Assembly (NCBI GenBank): GCA_051294375.1
Contig: CM119270.1
Location: 19,002,444 to 19,022,401, forward strand
From: Paraspadella gotoi
Lineage: Eukaryota > Animalia > Chaetognatha
Direction of reading: 5' to 3'
DNA length: 19,958 bases
A program made the position numbers and the translations under genes. Each line of letters starts with the position of its first letter. Within the stretch, counting starts at the first letter, position 1. The notes under the pieces are model-generated. The model made no database searches, had not been told where the DNA came from, and saw only the letters and a list, made by a program, of their open reading frames with translations. This document shows positions 1-11,339 of the stretch, one piece after another.

Positions 1-367
1 TTTTTAGATAAGCGGAATATTAAAAACCAAAACAAAAGAACACATTACTTTAGAATTTATGTCGATGTTTAAAGATCAAATACGTTGAATAAAAGAATTA
101 AATATAAGAAAAAAGGCAAAAATAAAAAAAAATAAACTGACGGACATCATAAAAGAAAAAAATTCGGACGAGCGACCGAAATAACGGAAGCCCCCTTTAC
201 GCTAATGTTTCGCTACCGGGGGGTCCTTTTAAGACGAAACAATTCCGAGCTTTGAAATACGAGAAAACGGAAAGAGAGAGAGAAAAAAAGGGAAATTAAG
301 GAAAATATAAAGAAAATAAAAAAGGAGAAAATAAAAGTTTTTTTTGTGAGGAAAACGAAATGCAGCC

Positions 368-635
368 NNNNNNNNNNNNNNNNNNNNNNNNNNNNNNNNN
401 NNNNNNNNNNNNNNNNNNNNNNNNNNNNNNNNNNNNNNNNNNNNNNNNNNNNNNNNNNNNNNNNNNNNNNNNNNNNNNNNNNNNNNNNNNNNNNNNNNNN
501 NNNNNNNNNNNNNNNNNNNNNNNNNNNNNNNNNNNNNNNNNNNNNNNNNNNNNNNNNNNNNNNNNNNNNNNNNNNNNNNNNNNNNNNNNNNNNNNNNNNN
601 NNNNNNNNNNNNNNNNNNNNNNNNNNNNNNNNNNN
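368..635. other. Assembly gap (268 N). Other gaps: 723-919, 1272-1477, 2817-3189, 6307-6707, 18755-19100, 19372-19663
   Basis: N runs read directly. Most abut simple repeats (AAAG, TTG, GTC, GA), as expected where short-read contigs break. Confidence 0.97.
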
Positions 636-1640
636 AGAAAGAAAGAAAGAAAGAAAGAAAGAAATAAAAAGAAAATGAACCTCCTCTCTCTCTTTTTAGC
701 TCTTGACGAATTTTGTTTTCAANNNNNNNNNNNNNNNNNNNNNNNNNNNNNNNNNNNNNNNNNNNNNNNNNNNNNNNNNNNNNNNNNNNNNNNNNNNNNN
801 NNNNNNNNNNNNNNNNNNNNNNNNNNNNNNNNNNNNNNNNNNNNNNNNNNNNNNNNNNNNNNNNNNNNNNNNNNNNNNNNNNNNNNNNNNNNNNNNNNNN
901 NNNNNNNNNNNNNNNNNNNAAAAAAAGAGGAAAGAAGAAATTGTAAGGAAAATGGAGAAAGTGTAGAAAAAAATAGTTAATAGAAAAAACTAAGCTTAAG
1001 TATAAGTGATTGAAATTCCAAAGATAATTGATATTAGTCAATAATAGCTTGAAGGGTAATTATCTTTTAAAGAGCAATGGAAGCCTTAACGCAACGTAAG
1101 GAGTAAGTAAGTTAAAAGTAAAGGAGGCAAGAAAGCTTTTTAAACGAATGATCTTTATATTAGTTGTAGTATCAACTTTACGACAAAGGAAAATGTAAAG
1201 TAAAATAACTTGGCCGGATAAATTTGAATCTAAAGATTAAAAACAACGAGTGGAAAATTAAATATGGAATTNNNNNNNNNNNNNNNNNNNNNNNNNNNNN
1301 NNNNNNNNNNNNNNNNNNNNNNNNNNNNNNNNNNNNNNNNNNNNNNNNNNNNNNNNNNNNNNNNNNNNNNNNNNNNNNNNNNNNNNNNNNNNNNNNNNNN
1401 NNNNNNNNNNNNNNNNNNNNNNNNNNNNNNNNNNNNNNNNNNNNNNNNNNNNNNNNNNNNNNNNNNNNNNNNNNNNNTTGTTGTTGTTGTGGTTGTTGAA
1501 TCAGTTCGCGGTTTTGTTGCAGGTTGTGGATGTAAAGAAAGAAGGCAGGAAACTAAGAAAGGAGAAAAGATGGAAAGTAATGGAAAATAGAGAAAGAAAG
1601 AAAGAAAGAAGGAAATAAAGAAATAAAGAAATAACGAAAT

Positions 1641-1641
1641 A

Positions 1642-1701
<60 letters not shown>

Positions 1702-1703
1702 AA
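1641..1703 (+). repeat. (AAAG)n microsatellite with degenerate AAAG/AAAT flank from ~1590
   Basis: About 15 perfect AAAG units. A shorter run lies at 636-663. Confidence 0.97.
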
Positions 1704-1949
1704 AAAAGAAAAATTACGATCATAGCACAAAATAAAAATAAAAAAACCGTAGAAAATTTTCCCTACCACTTGGTTCGAAAAAAAAAATTTAACCAACTCT
1801 TGTTATTTTCTCTGATTTTCTGTTTATCTTCAAATTAGAAACATGGAAAAAAAAAACTTTTTTAACTAAAAGTAATATAAAAGAAAAAATATTGAACCGG
1901 AAGAGGTTTTTTTTTCAGGCTGAAAAGAGAAGTATTTTGTTCTGGAAAT

Positions 1950-1953
<4 letters not shown>

Positions 1954-2005
<52 letters not shown>
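1954..2005 (+). repeat. (TC)n microsatellite
   Basis: Perfect dinucleotide run. Confidence 0.97.
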
Positions 2006-2008
<3 letters not shown>

Positions 2009-3189
2009 ATACAAGAGGCGACTTTAAGACTTTCTTCTTCTTCGCATCGAATCTCTCTCGATTTTACGAGAACTTTTTTCGACGAAGCTCGTTATATCGG
2101 GGTTCGCATAAAACAAGAGAGAGACAGAGTGCAGTGAACTCTTAAATTAAGGAGCAATGAAGGGTCAATTTGGAACCAACTGTTCGATTAAAGAGGGGAC
2201 GAATTAAAGGGGACATTAAGGGAATGAAAAAATGTGTTTTAATGGAATAAAATTGTTTGTTTAGCGGAGTGTGGAAAGAATTGGGTTAATAAGTTTAATA
2301 ATATTATACGTTCATATATACGTTCATTCGCTTTATTAATTATGAACCATTAAAGAAAAATCTTAATTCATACATGTGTACAAATACACAAAACATTTTC
2401 TGACATTTAAAATTCAACACCCAAAGAATCAATCATGAATTCGGGAATAAATATTTAGAAGCAAAAATTAATGATCTATTAATGATCTAATGATGATACA
2501 CAATATGAAGAACAACCACGCCGACGAGATATCCGAAAGACACAGTCAATCGTGACCATAATACAAATATATAAACAATAATATAAATAGACCAACATTA
2601 AAATCTGCCGCGTTGTCTCTGATTTAATTGACCATAATTCATTCGCTTTCCACGATTCAGTCAAACGCAAATCGATCAGATTCATTTAACTCGATCCTTA
2701 ATTCATTCTGACCCCAAAGATCTGAATTAAAGTAGTCGCAAAAAATTCCTATTAATCTCGAGAGGACGAATAATTAAATTACGTTTTTTTGTTTGTTTTT
2801 CTCCTTCGTTGAGCTANNNNNNNNNNNNNNNNNNNNNNNNNNNNNNNNNNNNNNNNNNNNNNNNNNNNNNNNNNNNNNNNNNNNNNNNNNNNNNNNNNNN
2901 NNNNNNNNNNNNNNNNNNNNNNNNNNNNNNNNNNNNNNNNNNNNNNNNNNNNNNNNNNNNNNNNNNNNNNNNNNNNNNNNNNNNNNNNNNNNNNNNNNNN
3001 NNNNNNNNNNNNNNNNNNNNNNNNNNNNNNNNNNNNNNNNNNNNNNNNNNNNNNNNNNNNNNNNNNNNNNNNNNNNNNNNNNNNNNNNNNNNNNNNNNNN
3101 NNNNNNNNNNNNNNNNNNNNNNNNNNNNNNNNNNNNNNNNNNNNNNNNNNNNNNNNNNNNNNNNNNNNNNNNNNNNNNNNNNNNNNNNN

Positions 3190-3240
3190 TCGTCGTCGTA
3201 GTCATCGTCGTCGTCATCGTCGTCGTCGTAGTCATCGTCG
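3190..3240 (+). repeat. (GTC)n imperfect trinucleotide repeat at a gap edge
   Basis: tcgtcgtcgtagtcatcgtcgtcgtcatcg... Confidence 0.9.
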
Positions 3241-3329
3241 ACCTAATAATTCCCCGACTGAAACGATGCATAAACGGAGTCTTTCTTCTGAATTGAGTGA
3301 AGATAATTGAGATGAAAAAGTGTGGAAAG

Positions 3330-5220
3330 AAAAATCAACGGAGTAAAAGTGGAGGAATTTGAAAAAAAAGGCATTGACGCAGGGGTAAGAAGGCGACAGT
3401 GCCGGTGGGTGTGAAAGCGCGGGACGAGAGCTGCTAAGATGGGGGTTGTACATATGTCGAGTGTTTGGCTGATATTGTGTATTTGTTATCGGGGCGGTTG
3501 ACTCGACGCCACTGGCGCTCATCCCATGTAAGGTCTGGTGATGTTACCTCTACATAAAGAGCACAAAAACTTCCCAAACCTACATTTCACTCGCTAAATG
3601 GTTACCATTCTAAACATTTTAAAACAAATCCTTTGCCTAGAATAAGATCAGCTTCTTGCCTGGATTCCAAGCGTTAAGTATCCGGCACATTCCAAAACCA
3701 TGTGAGCCTTGGACCGCAGAAGTGACAATGCGGCGTTGCAGGCCGGGACCGGCGTTGATGCGTACATTGGTGGCTGCTGGATTCATTGTGGTGCAATGGC
3801 TTGTGTCTGTGGTCGCCCGGAACAATCTTGCGTCACTGAATCAGATTGTGGCAACATAGGATTCGCCTGCGGTGTGCTTGCTGTGCTGCGACATTAAGCC
3901 GCAACCAGTATCCACTGTCGGATGCGGCTAAGGGCCTCGATCTCGGCACTTGTTCCTTGCTTCCGTCGTCGTCTTTCGGTCTTTCTCGGTTTCGGGGTGG
4001 CTGTGTTGGGTCGTGAGTATCGTCCAAAAGGAGTCAAATGATTCGTTAGATTGATCTTCCACCTGAATTTCCGGATGGGCCCCCACCGTTTTGCATCGCG
4101 GGTAGGGAGCATTCAATTGCTATCACCGCCTGCTTACCGAGGCCGTTGAGCGTTTCTTTCTTTTTATTGGATTAAACGGGAACTTACCGCTAAAGGTGTA
4201 TTTTTAATAAATTAACTAGTAATTCATTAGATTGTTCTTTTCGCGGTGGTTCAAGATACAAAAACATTGCGAGTTCTCCTCTGGGCAATTTTTCTATTCC
4301 ACTGAGGAAATTTTGTTTCTAGGAATTCTCCGGGCATTACCGTTCCCCTGTTCAAATCGGCGACGGAATACGACCCTTTTGGCCTTCTGCCTATCCCTAC
4401 AATGTTTCTCCAACCGGGAATTGTCTCGTCAATATCAGTTAGCTTCCGTCACTTTACCTCCAGCAAGGACAATCTCGCAGCATTTCATGAGGGTGAAGGC
4501 GTGCCGGTGGCGCTTCGGGATCCAACTCTCGTCCGTTAACATTTCTATCGCTTCGGAGAGACCTGCAGCGGCATAATCACTGGTGACGTTAAATAATATT
4601 TTGTAACTTTAACCCATTGCAAAGCGGCCTCCAAACCAAAAGCAATTCTTTGAGCCGCATGGTTGGTCTGGGGCTAACGCCAGGTTGTGGACATCACCGA
4701 ATTCCCAGGGTTGTCTCATGTGCATCCTCGGGAGGACTACCACCTTTTTGTTGGGTGGTGGTTTGATATCTCTGCTCACTACTTCCTTTGGTATCTATGA
4801 AAGACCTCCTTCTGGGCGGTACTTTAGTCTTTATTTCAACATCCGAATCGTAGATTCAGCCGATGCGGAAAATAGATTTACTTTCAAACTGAGGGATTAA
4901 GCCATCAGGTTTGAGTCGGCCAGTATCTGTTACACGGCAACCTTTTACTGAGGTTGGGAGACAGAAAATCCTGGAGCCGTACCTGCTTCAGCTAGACCCT
5001 CCCCCCCACCTTTACTGTCGGCGGTCGCATTGATACGACTGCGTCTCTCCTCGCCTGAGCTATGATGGTCTAACCGTCGGCGGAGTATATGGTAAAAATG
5101 TGGCTCAGTAAATCTTGTGAATGTGGAGTTGAGTTCACTTGGTCGTTCGGACATTGCACGGCGCGGCTCCGCCACTTTGTCTAGGCAGGCATGATTGTAG
5201 GCGTGCGCAAAACGCCTGCG
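3330..5220. other. ~1.9 kb high-complexity, balanced-composition segment, probably low-quality long-read sequence
   Basis: Abrupt loss of the AT-rich, microsatellite-rich character. No ORF above 120 aa and no recognisable motif in any frame. Grades into an insertion-riddled inverted copy of the sequence right of the gap. Confidence 0.55.
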
Positions 5221-5666
5221 GCAATGTCTTTTATGTTTAACGCGCTGTGTGTGCTCAAAAAGGTCACTGATCGATTCGCCATCTCGCGGATTATGGTCGG
5301 GCGGCAAGAATTAACTTCCGTCTTCAAAAATCAAAACTTCAAAAAATTTAAAAAAAAAAACAACCACTCGAAAATAACCACATTTTAAATTACACCAAAA
5401 CCACACGGAAAAATAACTGACATCAATTCTTTTCTCTTTCTCATTTCGTTTTCTTCCTGATTTTTTCCTTTTTCTCTCCTTTTTATCCTNNNNNNNNNNN
5501 NNNNNNNNNNNNNNGAGAAAAGAATGATGTCAGTTTTTCGTGTGGTTTTGTGTAGTTTTATGTGGTTTTGAGTGTTGTTTTTTTTTTTAATTTTTGAAGT
5601 TTTGATTTTGAAGACGACTTAATCCGCGAGATGGCGATCGATTTTTGAACAGTAAAAAAAATTGCC
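5220..5666. repeat. Inverted repeat (arms ~5220-5436 and 5515-5666) around a 25-N gap (5490-5514)
   Basis: tcgccatctcgcggatta (5276-5293) is the exact reverse complement of 5620-5637. cgtcttcaaaaatcaaaacttcaaaaa...ctgacatcaattcttttctc mirrors gagaaaagaatgatgtcag...tttttgaagttttgattttgaagacg. Confidence 0.93.
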
Positions 5667-5814
5667 ATAAAAGAAAACAAAAGGCACAAGTTCCTCGAAG
5701 AAGATTTGATAAATTGAATTTCCGATCTTAAATATAGCATAACTTAGAAAACCAATAATTTTCATTATGCTTTAGCAATGTTCATACCAGAACCTATATG
5801 ACAAGTGAAAAATG

Positions 5815-6069
5815 CTATAAAAGAACAACAAAAAAAACGACAACAACAACAACAGCTTGACGCTTGATCGAATTTAATGTCGCGAGGTCGTCGGCTTTCC
5901 CCTCTTCTTCCTCCTCCTCTTCTTCCTCCTCCTCCTCATCTTTCTTCCTCTTCATAAAGCGGATCAACGGTGCTGAAGCCAATACTTGCTGCCAAGCATC
6001 TTGCTGGCTTGCAAGCACGATTGCTCCGTTGTGAGTTGCTTGCTCGATTAAATTTAAGAAATTCCTCAA
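5815..6069 (-). CDS. Candidate exon of an unknown protein (LRNFLNLIEQATHNGAIVLASQQDAWQQVLASAPLIRFMKRKKDE11GKADDL...)
   Basis: Follows ttattttttaAG on the minus strand. Open frame with helical-looking sequence and a Glu tract of mixed GAG/GAA codons. No family recognised and the 3' end is uncertain. Confidence 0.35.
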   Translation of the reverse strand: MRNFLNLIEQATHNGAIVLASQQDAWQQVLASAPLIRFMKRKKDEEEEEEEEEEEEGKADDLATLNSIKRQAVVVVVVFFVVLL

Positions 6070-6127
6070 CTTAAAAAATAAGAGCTTACAGTCGAAACTT
6101 TCACGATTCACAACGAATCTTTCTAAC

Positions 6128-6186
6128 GAATGTCTATTCTGAATGTCTGAATGTCTATTCTGAATGTCTATTCTGAATGTCTATTC
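6128..6186 (+). repeat. 13-bp minisatellite (GAATGTCTATTCT), about 4.5 units
   Basis: Units at 6128, 6141 (8-bp partial), 6149, 6162 and 6175. Confidence 0.93.
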
Positions 6187-6807
6187 ATATCAAGTCCAAG
6201 ATTCAAATCTTCTCTTCTAATTTCTCCTTTCTCCTTAAACTTTTCAATTTTTCCTTCGTTTTTCTTTTTTTTTCGGTTCCAAGTTTCTTGACCTCTCGAG
6301 AACGGGNNNNNNNNNNNNNNNNNNNNNNNNNNNNNNNNNNNNNNNNNNNNNNNNNNNNNNNNNNNNNNNNNNNNNNNNNNNNNNNNNNNNNNNNNNNNNN
6401 NNNNNNNNNNNNNNNNNNNNNNNNNNNNNNNNNNNNNNNNNNNNNNNNNNNNNNNNNNNNNNNNNNNNNNNNNNNNNNNNNNNNNNNNNNNNNNNNNNNN
6501 NNNNNNNNNNNNNNNNNNNNNNNNNNNNNNNNNNNNNNNNNNNNNNNNNNNNNNNNNNNNNNNNNNNNNNNNNNNNNNNNNNNNNNNNNNNNNNNNNNNN
6601 NNNNNNNNNNNNNNNNNNNNNNNNNNNNNNNNNNNNNNNNNNNNNNNNNNNNNNNNNNNNNNNNNNNNNNNNNNNNNNNNNNNNNNNNNNNNNNNNNNNN
6701 NNNNNNNTATTTTCACTCACCCTACCCCTTCACATCGACGGAGTGAATAACGACGAATGCGGTTTTCCTCCATTTTTCACACTTTTCACCCGATTGCCCG
6801 TTGACGC

Positions 6808-7040
6808 CAGAGAGAGAGAGATGAGAGAGGAGGAGAGAATCGAGAGAGAGAGACGAGGAGAAAGAGAAGAGAGAGAGAGGAGGACGATGGAGAGAAGAGT
6901 TAGGAGAAGAAGAGCAGTGAAAAGTTCCTTAGAAAAGGAGAGAGAAACGCAAGGAGGCAAAGAACAGAAAAGGATAAAGAAGAAAGAAGAGAAGAAAGGA
7001 AAGAAAGAAAGAAAGAAAGGAGGAGAAGGTAAAGAAAGAT
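6808..7040 (+). repeat. Polypurine GA/GAA-rich low-complexity tract
   Basis: Almost entirely G and A. Confidence 0.88.
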
Positions 7041-7349
7041 TTTTTGTTAAAATTTAAACTCAAAAGAATTGATCATAACAGTTTTTATTTTAATTCTAAA
7101 TATTCCCAAATATGTTAAAAAAAATATCTGATTCGTTGTAGTTTTTCGATGTTTTGATCAATAATTAAAATTGCTCAGTCCATAATTCATAAAGCAAGAG
7201 TCTCCCCCCCCCAAAGAAATAAAACGAAACTTTAAAGATAAAATAATTTCAATATTAATGGATTTTCTCAGAAACAAAATGAAAAACAAAGACGAAACAA
7301 TAGAGAGAAAAAAAACCGAACGACGATTAAATTTTTAAAAAAGAGAGAA

Positions 7350-7810
7350 ACGACCGGGGCTACCGGCGCGACCGGCGTCTTTTTCTCTCTCCTTCGGCGC
7401 TTTTTTTTCTCTCCCTCCCTCCGGCGCCGACCACACGCGGCGCGCTTAACGGACGTTTTATGGGTCACTCTCGCTCGCTGGGAGAACATGGGACGGCGCT
7501 GTGCGCGCACGCGTCCGAGCGGGACTCTGACGTGCGATCGCGTGCGAGAGCGAGTGAGAGCGTGCGCGGATGGAAAGTGGATGAGTTGGAAAAAGGAGGG
7601 GGCGGGGCGAGGGGGGGGTGGAGGAAGATTGAGAAAGACACCGTGTTGCTCCTTCGTGAATCTCCCAAATTTTCCGTCGGACGGTCGGACGGACAGACGG
7701 AAATAAAACGTCTTTTTTGACGGAATTTCAGATGCGCCGCTTTAAAAATGTGGAGCGTCTTTCGATTCGGCGCCAAAACGTCACTTTCGGTTGACGGAGA
7801 CGCCAATTTT
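7350..7810. promoter_or_regulatory. CpG/GC-rich island, candidate promoter or enhancer
   Basis: Dense CpG in an AT-rich background. Palindrome GTGCGCGCAC 7501-7510, TGACGT 7528-7533, GC box GGGGCGGGGC 7599-7608. No TSS evidence. Confidence 0.45.
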
Positions 7811-7946
7811 AGTTTACGAAAGCGAAGACGTTCATGGAAAGAATAGATGTTAGAAGATAATGTTATGTTTTTTAATATATATGCGACTAGTTTGGAAGCG
7901 AGAAAGACGACGTTATACTTAAATATAGGTTAATCTTAATTATAGA

Positions 7947-8135
7947 TTAATCCTCGTTCATAAATCCTCTCCTTTGTTTTCCCAGACTCCAATCCCTGAT
8001 GGCACCAGATAAGACCTGACGTTGCAATTCCGGTGAAACGACGTTTAATGCCATTGTACCCAAGATGAAGTATAAGTAGACCAAAACCGGAGAGGCGTGC
8101 GAATCGTTCCAAGGTTCAGACTTGAGTTTGTGAAC
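7947..8135 (-). CDS. Candidate exon of an unknown protein (VHKLKSEPWNDSHASPVLVYLYFILGTMALNVVSPELQRQVLSGAIRDWSLGKQRRGFMNED*)
   Basis: Begins after tttttAG on the minus strand, with 62 open codons then TAA, in non-repetitive sequence. All three plus frames are closed. Absent from the ORF track. Confidence 0.35.
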   Translation of the reverse strand, partial: VHKLKSEPWNDSHASPVLVYLYFILGTMALNVVSPELQRQVLSGAIRDWSLGKQRRGFMNED

Positions 8136-8215
8136 CTAAAAAACTAGAATCACGACGTCGGCGAAAAAATTATTCACAAAAACTCGATTTTATCTTCTTT
8201 TGCTTTTATCGGTTG

Positions 8216-8249
<34 letters not shown>

Positions 8250-8553
8250 TCTCTCTTTCCCTCTCTAGTGCCGTAAAAAACGGAAATGAATCCAAATTGG
8301 ATGGAATCGTGTTTTTGGAAGAAGAACAGAAACAGTAAAATGGAGTTCGGAGCGAAAAAAATAACGGAACTCGGAATTTATGATATAAACAAACAAAAAC
8401 AATAATCAAATTATGAATTGACGTCGTAGATTACAAATGTTTTTTTGATATGGGTGTGTATGTCTGAATTTTTTCAGCATACTTACAAAGCGAGAAACCT
8501 ATTTTCCTACATAGTAATTTTTAGCCTAAATTTTATAAACATTAACATTTAAT

Positions 8554-8578
8554 NNNNNNNNNNNNNNNNNNNNNNNNN
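8554..8578. other. 25-N placeholder gap
   Basis: Exactly 25 N, the same length as 5490-5514. Confidence 0.95.
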
Positions 8579-8675
8579 CATTAATAAACGATGTCGAACG
8601 AAAACCGAACAAAAGCAGTCCCGGACTTCTGCTGCAAATTAAAGACAAAGCTTTGGGTTTCAGTTTTTCAACGAC

Positions 8676-8686
8676 AGAGAGAGAGG

Positions 8687-8772
<86 letters not shown>

Positions 8773-8786
8773 GAGAGAGAGGAGAG
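8676..8786 (+). repeat. (GA)n microsatellite. Further GA tracts at ~9136-9240, 9601-9715, 12447-12622, 17494-17580
   Basis: Dinucleotide runs with scattered single-base interruptions. Confidence 0.95.
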
Positions 8787-8797
8787 ATACTTCATAC

Positions 8798-9592
8798 ACG
8801 CTGACTAATTCGAAGTCCCAGTTGGAGTTTGGCGAAGATGGGAAACTGCATGGATGAGAATTATGATGAATTCGCTGGGCTGGTGGCTGGGAATTGGAAG
8901 GGGACATCGGAGTGCGGATCGTCGGAGAGAATTTAGAAGGGATTGGGCTATAATAAGGACACGGTATCAAGGAGTGCAATAAAAATGTGGGCGTGGCAGA
9001 GCTCGATCTGGATAATTATGAAAAGAAGTTCCGGCGCGGTGACTTCACAAGGATGATGGCTTTTTAGGAGATTCATACTACAATAAAATATCATATATTT
9101 GAATCTCGTGATGAATTAACAATGGAAAACAATGAAGAGAGAGAGAGAGAGAGTGAGAGGAAGAGAGAGAGAAAAGGAAGAGAGAGAGAGTAGTCAGAGA
9201 GAGAGAGAGAGAGAGAGAAGAGAGAGAATGACGAGAAAGAGTGGAAAGGAAAAATATTCCGGCTAGAAAGTGGAAATTTAGATTCTCTTTCTTTGGGTCT
9301 TTTTTTTCATTTGAATATATGGAAATGAGTGAAGCCTCTCTACATCCGGGGATCCGATGACTCAAGAGACGTTCGATGCTAATGAAAGAAGAACGAAAAT
9401 CGATGACGACCCCGAGGGCTTAAATAAAGATGAAAGATGGGCGGAGACAGAGGCGAGAAATTGGTGAGGAAAAGGCAGGAAAGGAAAGAGGAGAAAAGGA
9501 AAGGAAGAAAGGAGATGGAAAGGAACAAAGAAAAGTATCTGATATTTAGAGAATGATAGCCGTGGCGAGTCGGGCAAAGGCGTTTTGTTCGC

Positions 9593-9624
<32 letters not shown>

Positions 9625-9627
9625 GAG

Positions 9628-9686
<59 letters not shown>

Positions 9687-10033
9687 CAGAGAGTGAGAGA
9701 GATAGAGAGAGAGAGTATAGACCAAGACATCTAGACAGAATAATCGCATCAAAGTCACAAAAGCTCGAGACGTGGAAACAAACGAAGACTCGAGAAAACT
9801 CGTCGTTCATGGCGACGAAGAATTTCTCGGCAAACAAAGGTCACGTGACTTGATATTCGAAAATCCGGAGGACAGAAGATGACAGACTGACAGACTGACG
9901 GAGGGATGACAGAAGGAGAAATAGAAAAGCGAATGAAAGACGAAAAAAGATGGAAGTCGATATTGATTCCAGATTCGATCTTCTTTTCATTGAGGAAAAT
10001 TTTGGGAAGGAATTCTCATCGAAATTAGATTTC
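8798..10033 (+). repeat. Direct duplication, copy 1 (copy 2 at 18672-19958)
   Basis: Shared blocks in the same order: cgaagtcccagttggag; agagacgttcgatgctaatgaaagaagaacgaaaatcgatgacgaccccgagggcttaaataaagatgaaagatggg; acagaataatcgcatcaaagtcac...ggaaggaattctcatcgaa. Confidence 0.96.
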
Positions 10034-10152
10034 GTTCTTATCTGCGTCTCTATCTCAGTCAGTGTTTTTGACTGTTTGTCTGTCTGTCTACTTTTTTGGC
10101 TCGGCATATTCTATCTCTATTTCTTTATATAGCATTCTGATAAATAAATAAA

Positions 10153-10208
10153 ATCTCTCTTATCTCTCGCTCTCGCTCTCTCTCTCTCGCTCTTCTTCTC
10201 TCTCTCTC

Positions 10209-10239
<31 letters not shown>

Positions 10240-10449
10240 TCTTCTCTCTCTCTCTCCTCTCTCTCTTCCTCTTCGTTTCTATTTCGTCCGCGTTGCAAAA
10301 CGCAAATGTTTATCCAAAGAGTAAAAATGTCAGAATCGATTTCAGTTCTACTTCGTTTGTTCTCAGGTGAAATCTGTTCTTTCGCTCAGTGGATATAGCG
10401 TTAAGACCAACTCTCTCTCTTTCTATCTCTCTCTCTCTCTCTCCTCTCT

Positions 10450-10493
<44 letters not shown>

Positions 10494-10608
10494 CTCTCTC
10501 CCCCCTTCCTCTTCCTCCGCCTCTCTCTCTCTCTCTCTCCTCTCTCTCTTCTCTTATCTCTCTCTCTCTTCTCTTTATCTCTCTCTCTCTTCTCTCTCTC
10601 TCTATCTC
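10153..10608 (+). repeat. (CT)n tracts 10153-10272 and 10411-10608. Further CT tracts at ~8216-8266, 12021-12140, 14444-14534, 15850-15985, 16268-16346, 16510-16581, 17960-18037
   Basis: Read directly. These produce the SLSLSL ORFs. Confidence 0.95.
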
Positions 10609-10939
10609 ATTCACCATTTATTTGCTTTTCTCGTCCCGTGGGTTGGAGTTCAACCTGAGCACATACATACGTAGTTTACTTTTTCAAGAAAGAAAGAGAG
10701 AAAGAGAGAAAGAAAGAAAGAAAGAAAGAATAAATAAAAGAGAGAGAAAAATGGGGGGAGAGAGAGAAAGACGGAGCTCATTTACAAACTTCTTTTAAGG
10801 TTATTATTCTTTTGCATTTTTACTTTTCGCTTACTCATCAGGTTCGAGATATTTTTTTCAGATCAAAAAATATTGGCATTAATTTCATTAACAACTTTTT
10901 ACTTCTCTCGACGTATACTCTACTTTACTTCTCAAGAGA

Positions 10940-11290
10940 GACGCCTCCCTTTACCCAACCTCTCTTAACTCGTGTCTCCTTTTCCTTACCTCAAAACTCT
11001 TTTCCTTCAAACTCCTCACCTTTTTTTGTTCTATCCTTTGACCTTACCTCGTTCCATTCTAACCTTGTTCTCCGCCATTTTCTCAACTTTCCTTTTTAGA
11101 TTTTTATTTTCTTCTTTTCCCTCGCTCTGACTTTCCCTTCCTTTATACTTCTCTCCTTTTACTTTCCTCCTTTTCATAATTTCTATTTCTTCTTTTTCCA
11201 TTTTCCTTTTTCCTTTTCCTCTCCCCAAATGACTCATTCTCTCTCTTCTTTTCTCCTTCCGGTTTTTTCCCTTCATAATTTTTTTTTCCG
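10940..11290 (+). repeat. Long pyrimidine-rich low-complexity tract
   Basis: About 350 bp dominated by T and C. Confidence 0.8.
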
Positions 11291-11339
11291 CCGCCGGCAG
11301 AGTTTCTTCGTGTTTGTCATTGCTACTTTTTTCCTTCAT

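Noticed and set aside
1478-1500. ttgttgttgttg resembling a SMRTbell adapter
   Set aside because: It lacks the adjoining CCTCCTCCTCCG and GAGAGAGAT parts, so it is an ordinary TTG repeat.
229-3296. Long ORFs containing X runs (also 6168-6746 and 18601-19808)
   Set aside because: Their length comes from N gaps, which contain no stop codons.
3502-3514. 13-bp match ctcgacgccactg to 16732-16744
   Set aside because: About one such match is expected by chance in a window this size, and the flanks do not extend.
4945-5307. 120-aa minus ORF
   Set aside because: It lies in the suspected read-noise segment and has no recognisable motif.
6128-6186. Heat-shock element from alternating GAA/TTC
   Set aside because: The spacing does not fit the 5-bp nGAAn periodicity, so it is a plain 13-bp minisatellite.
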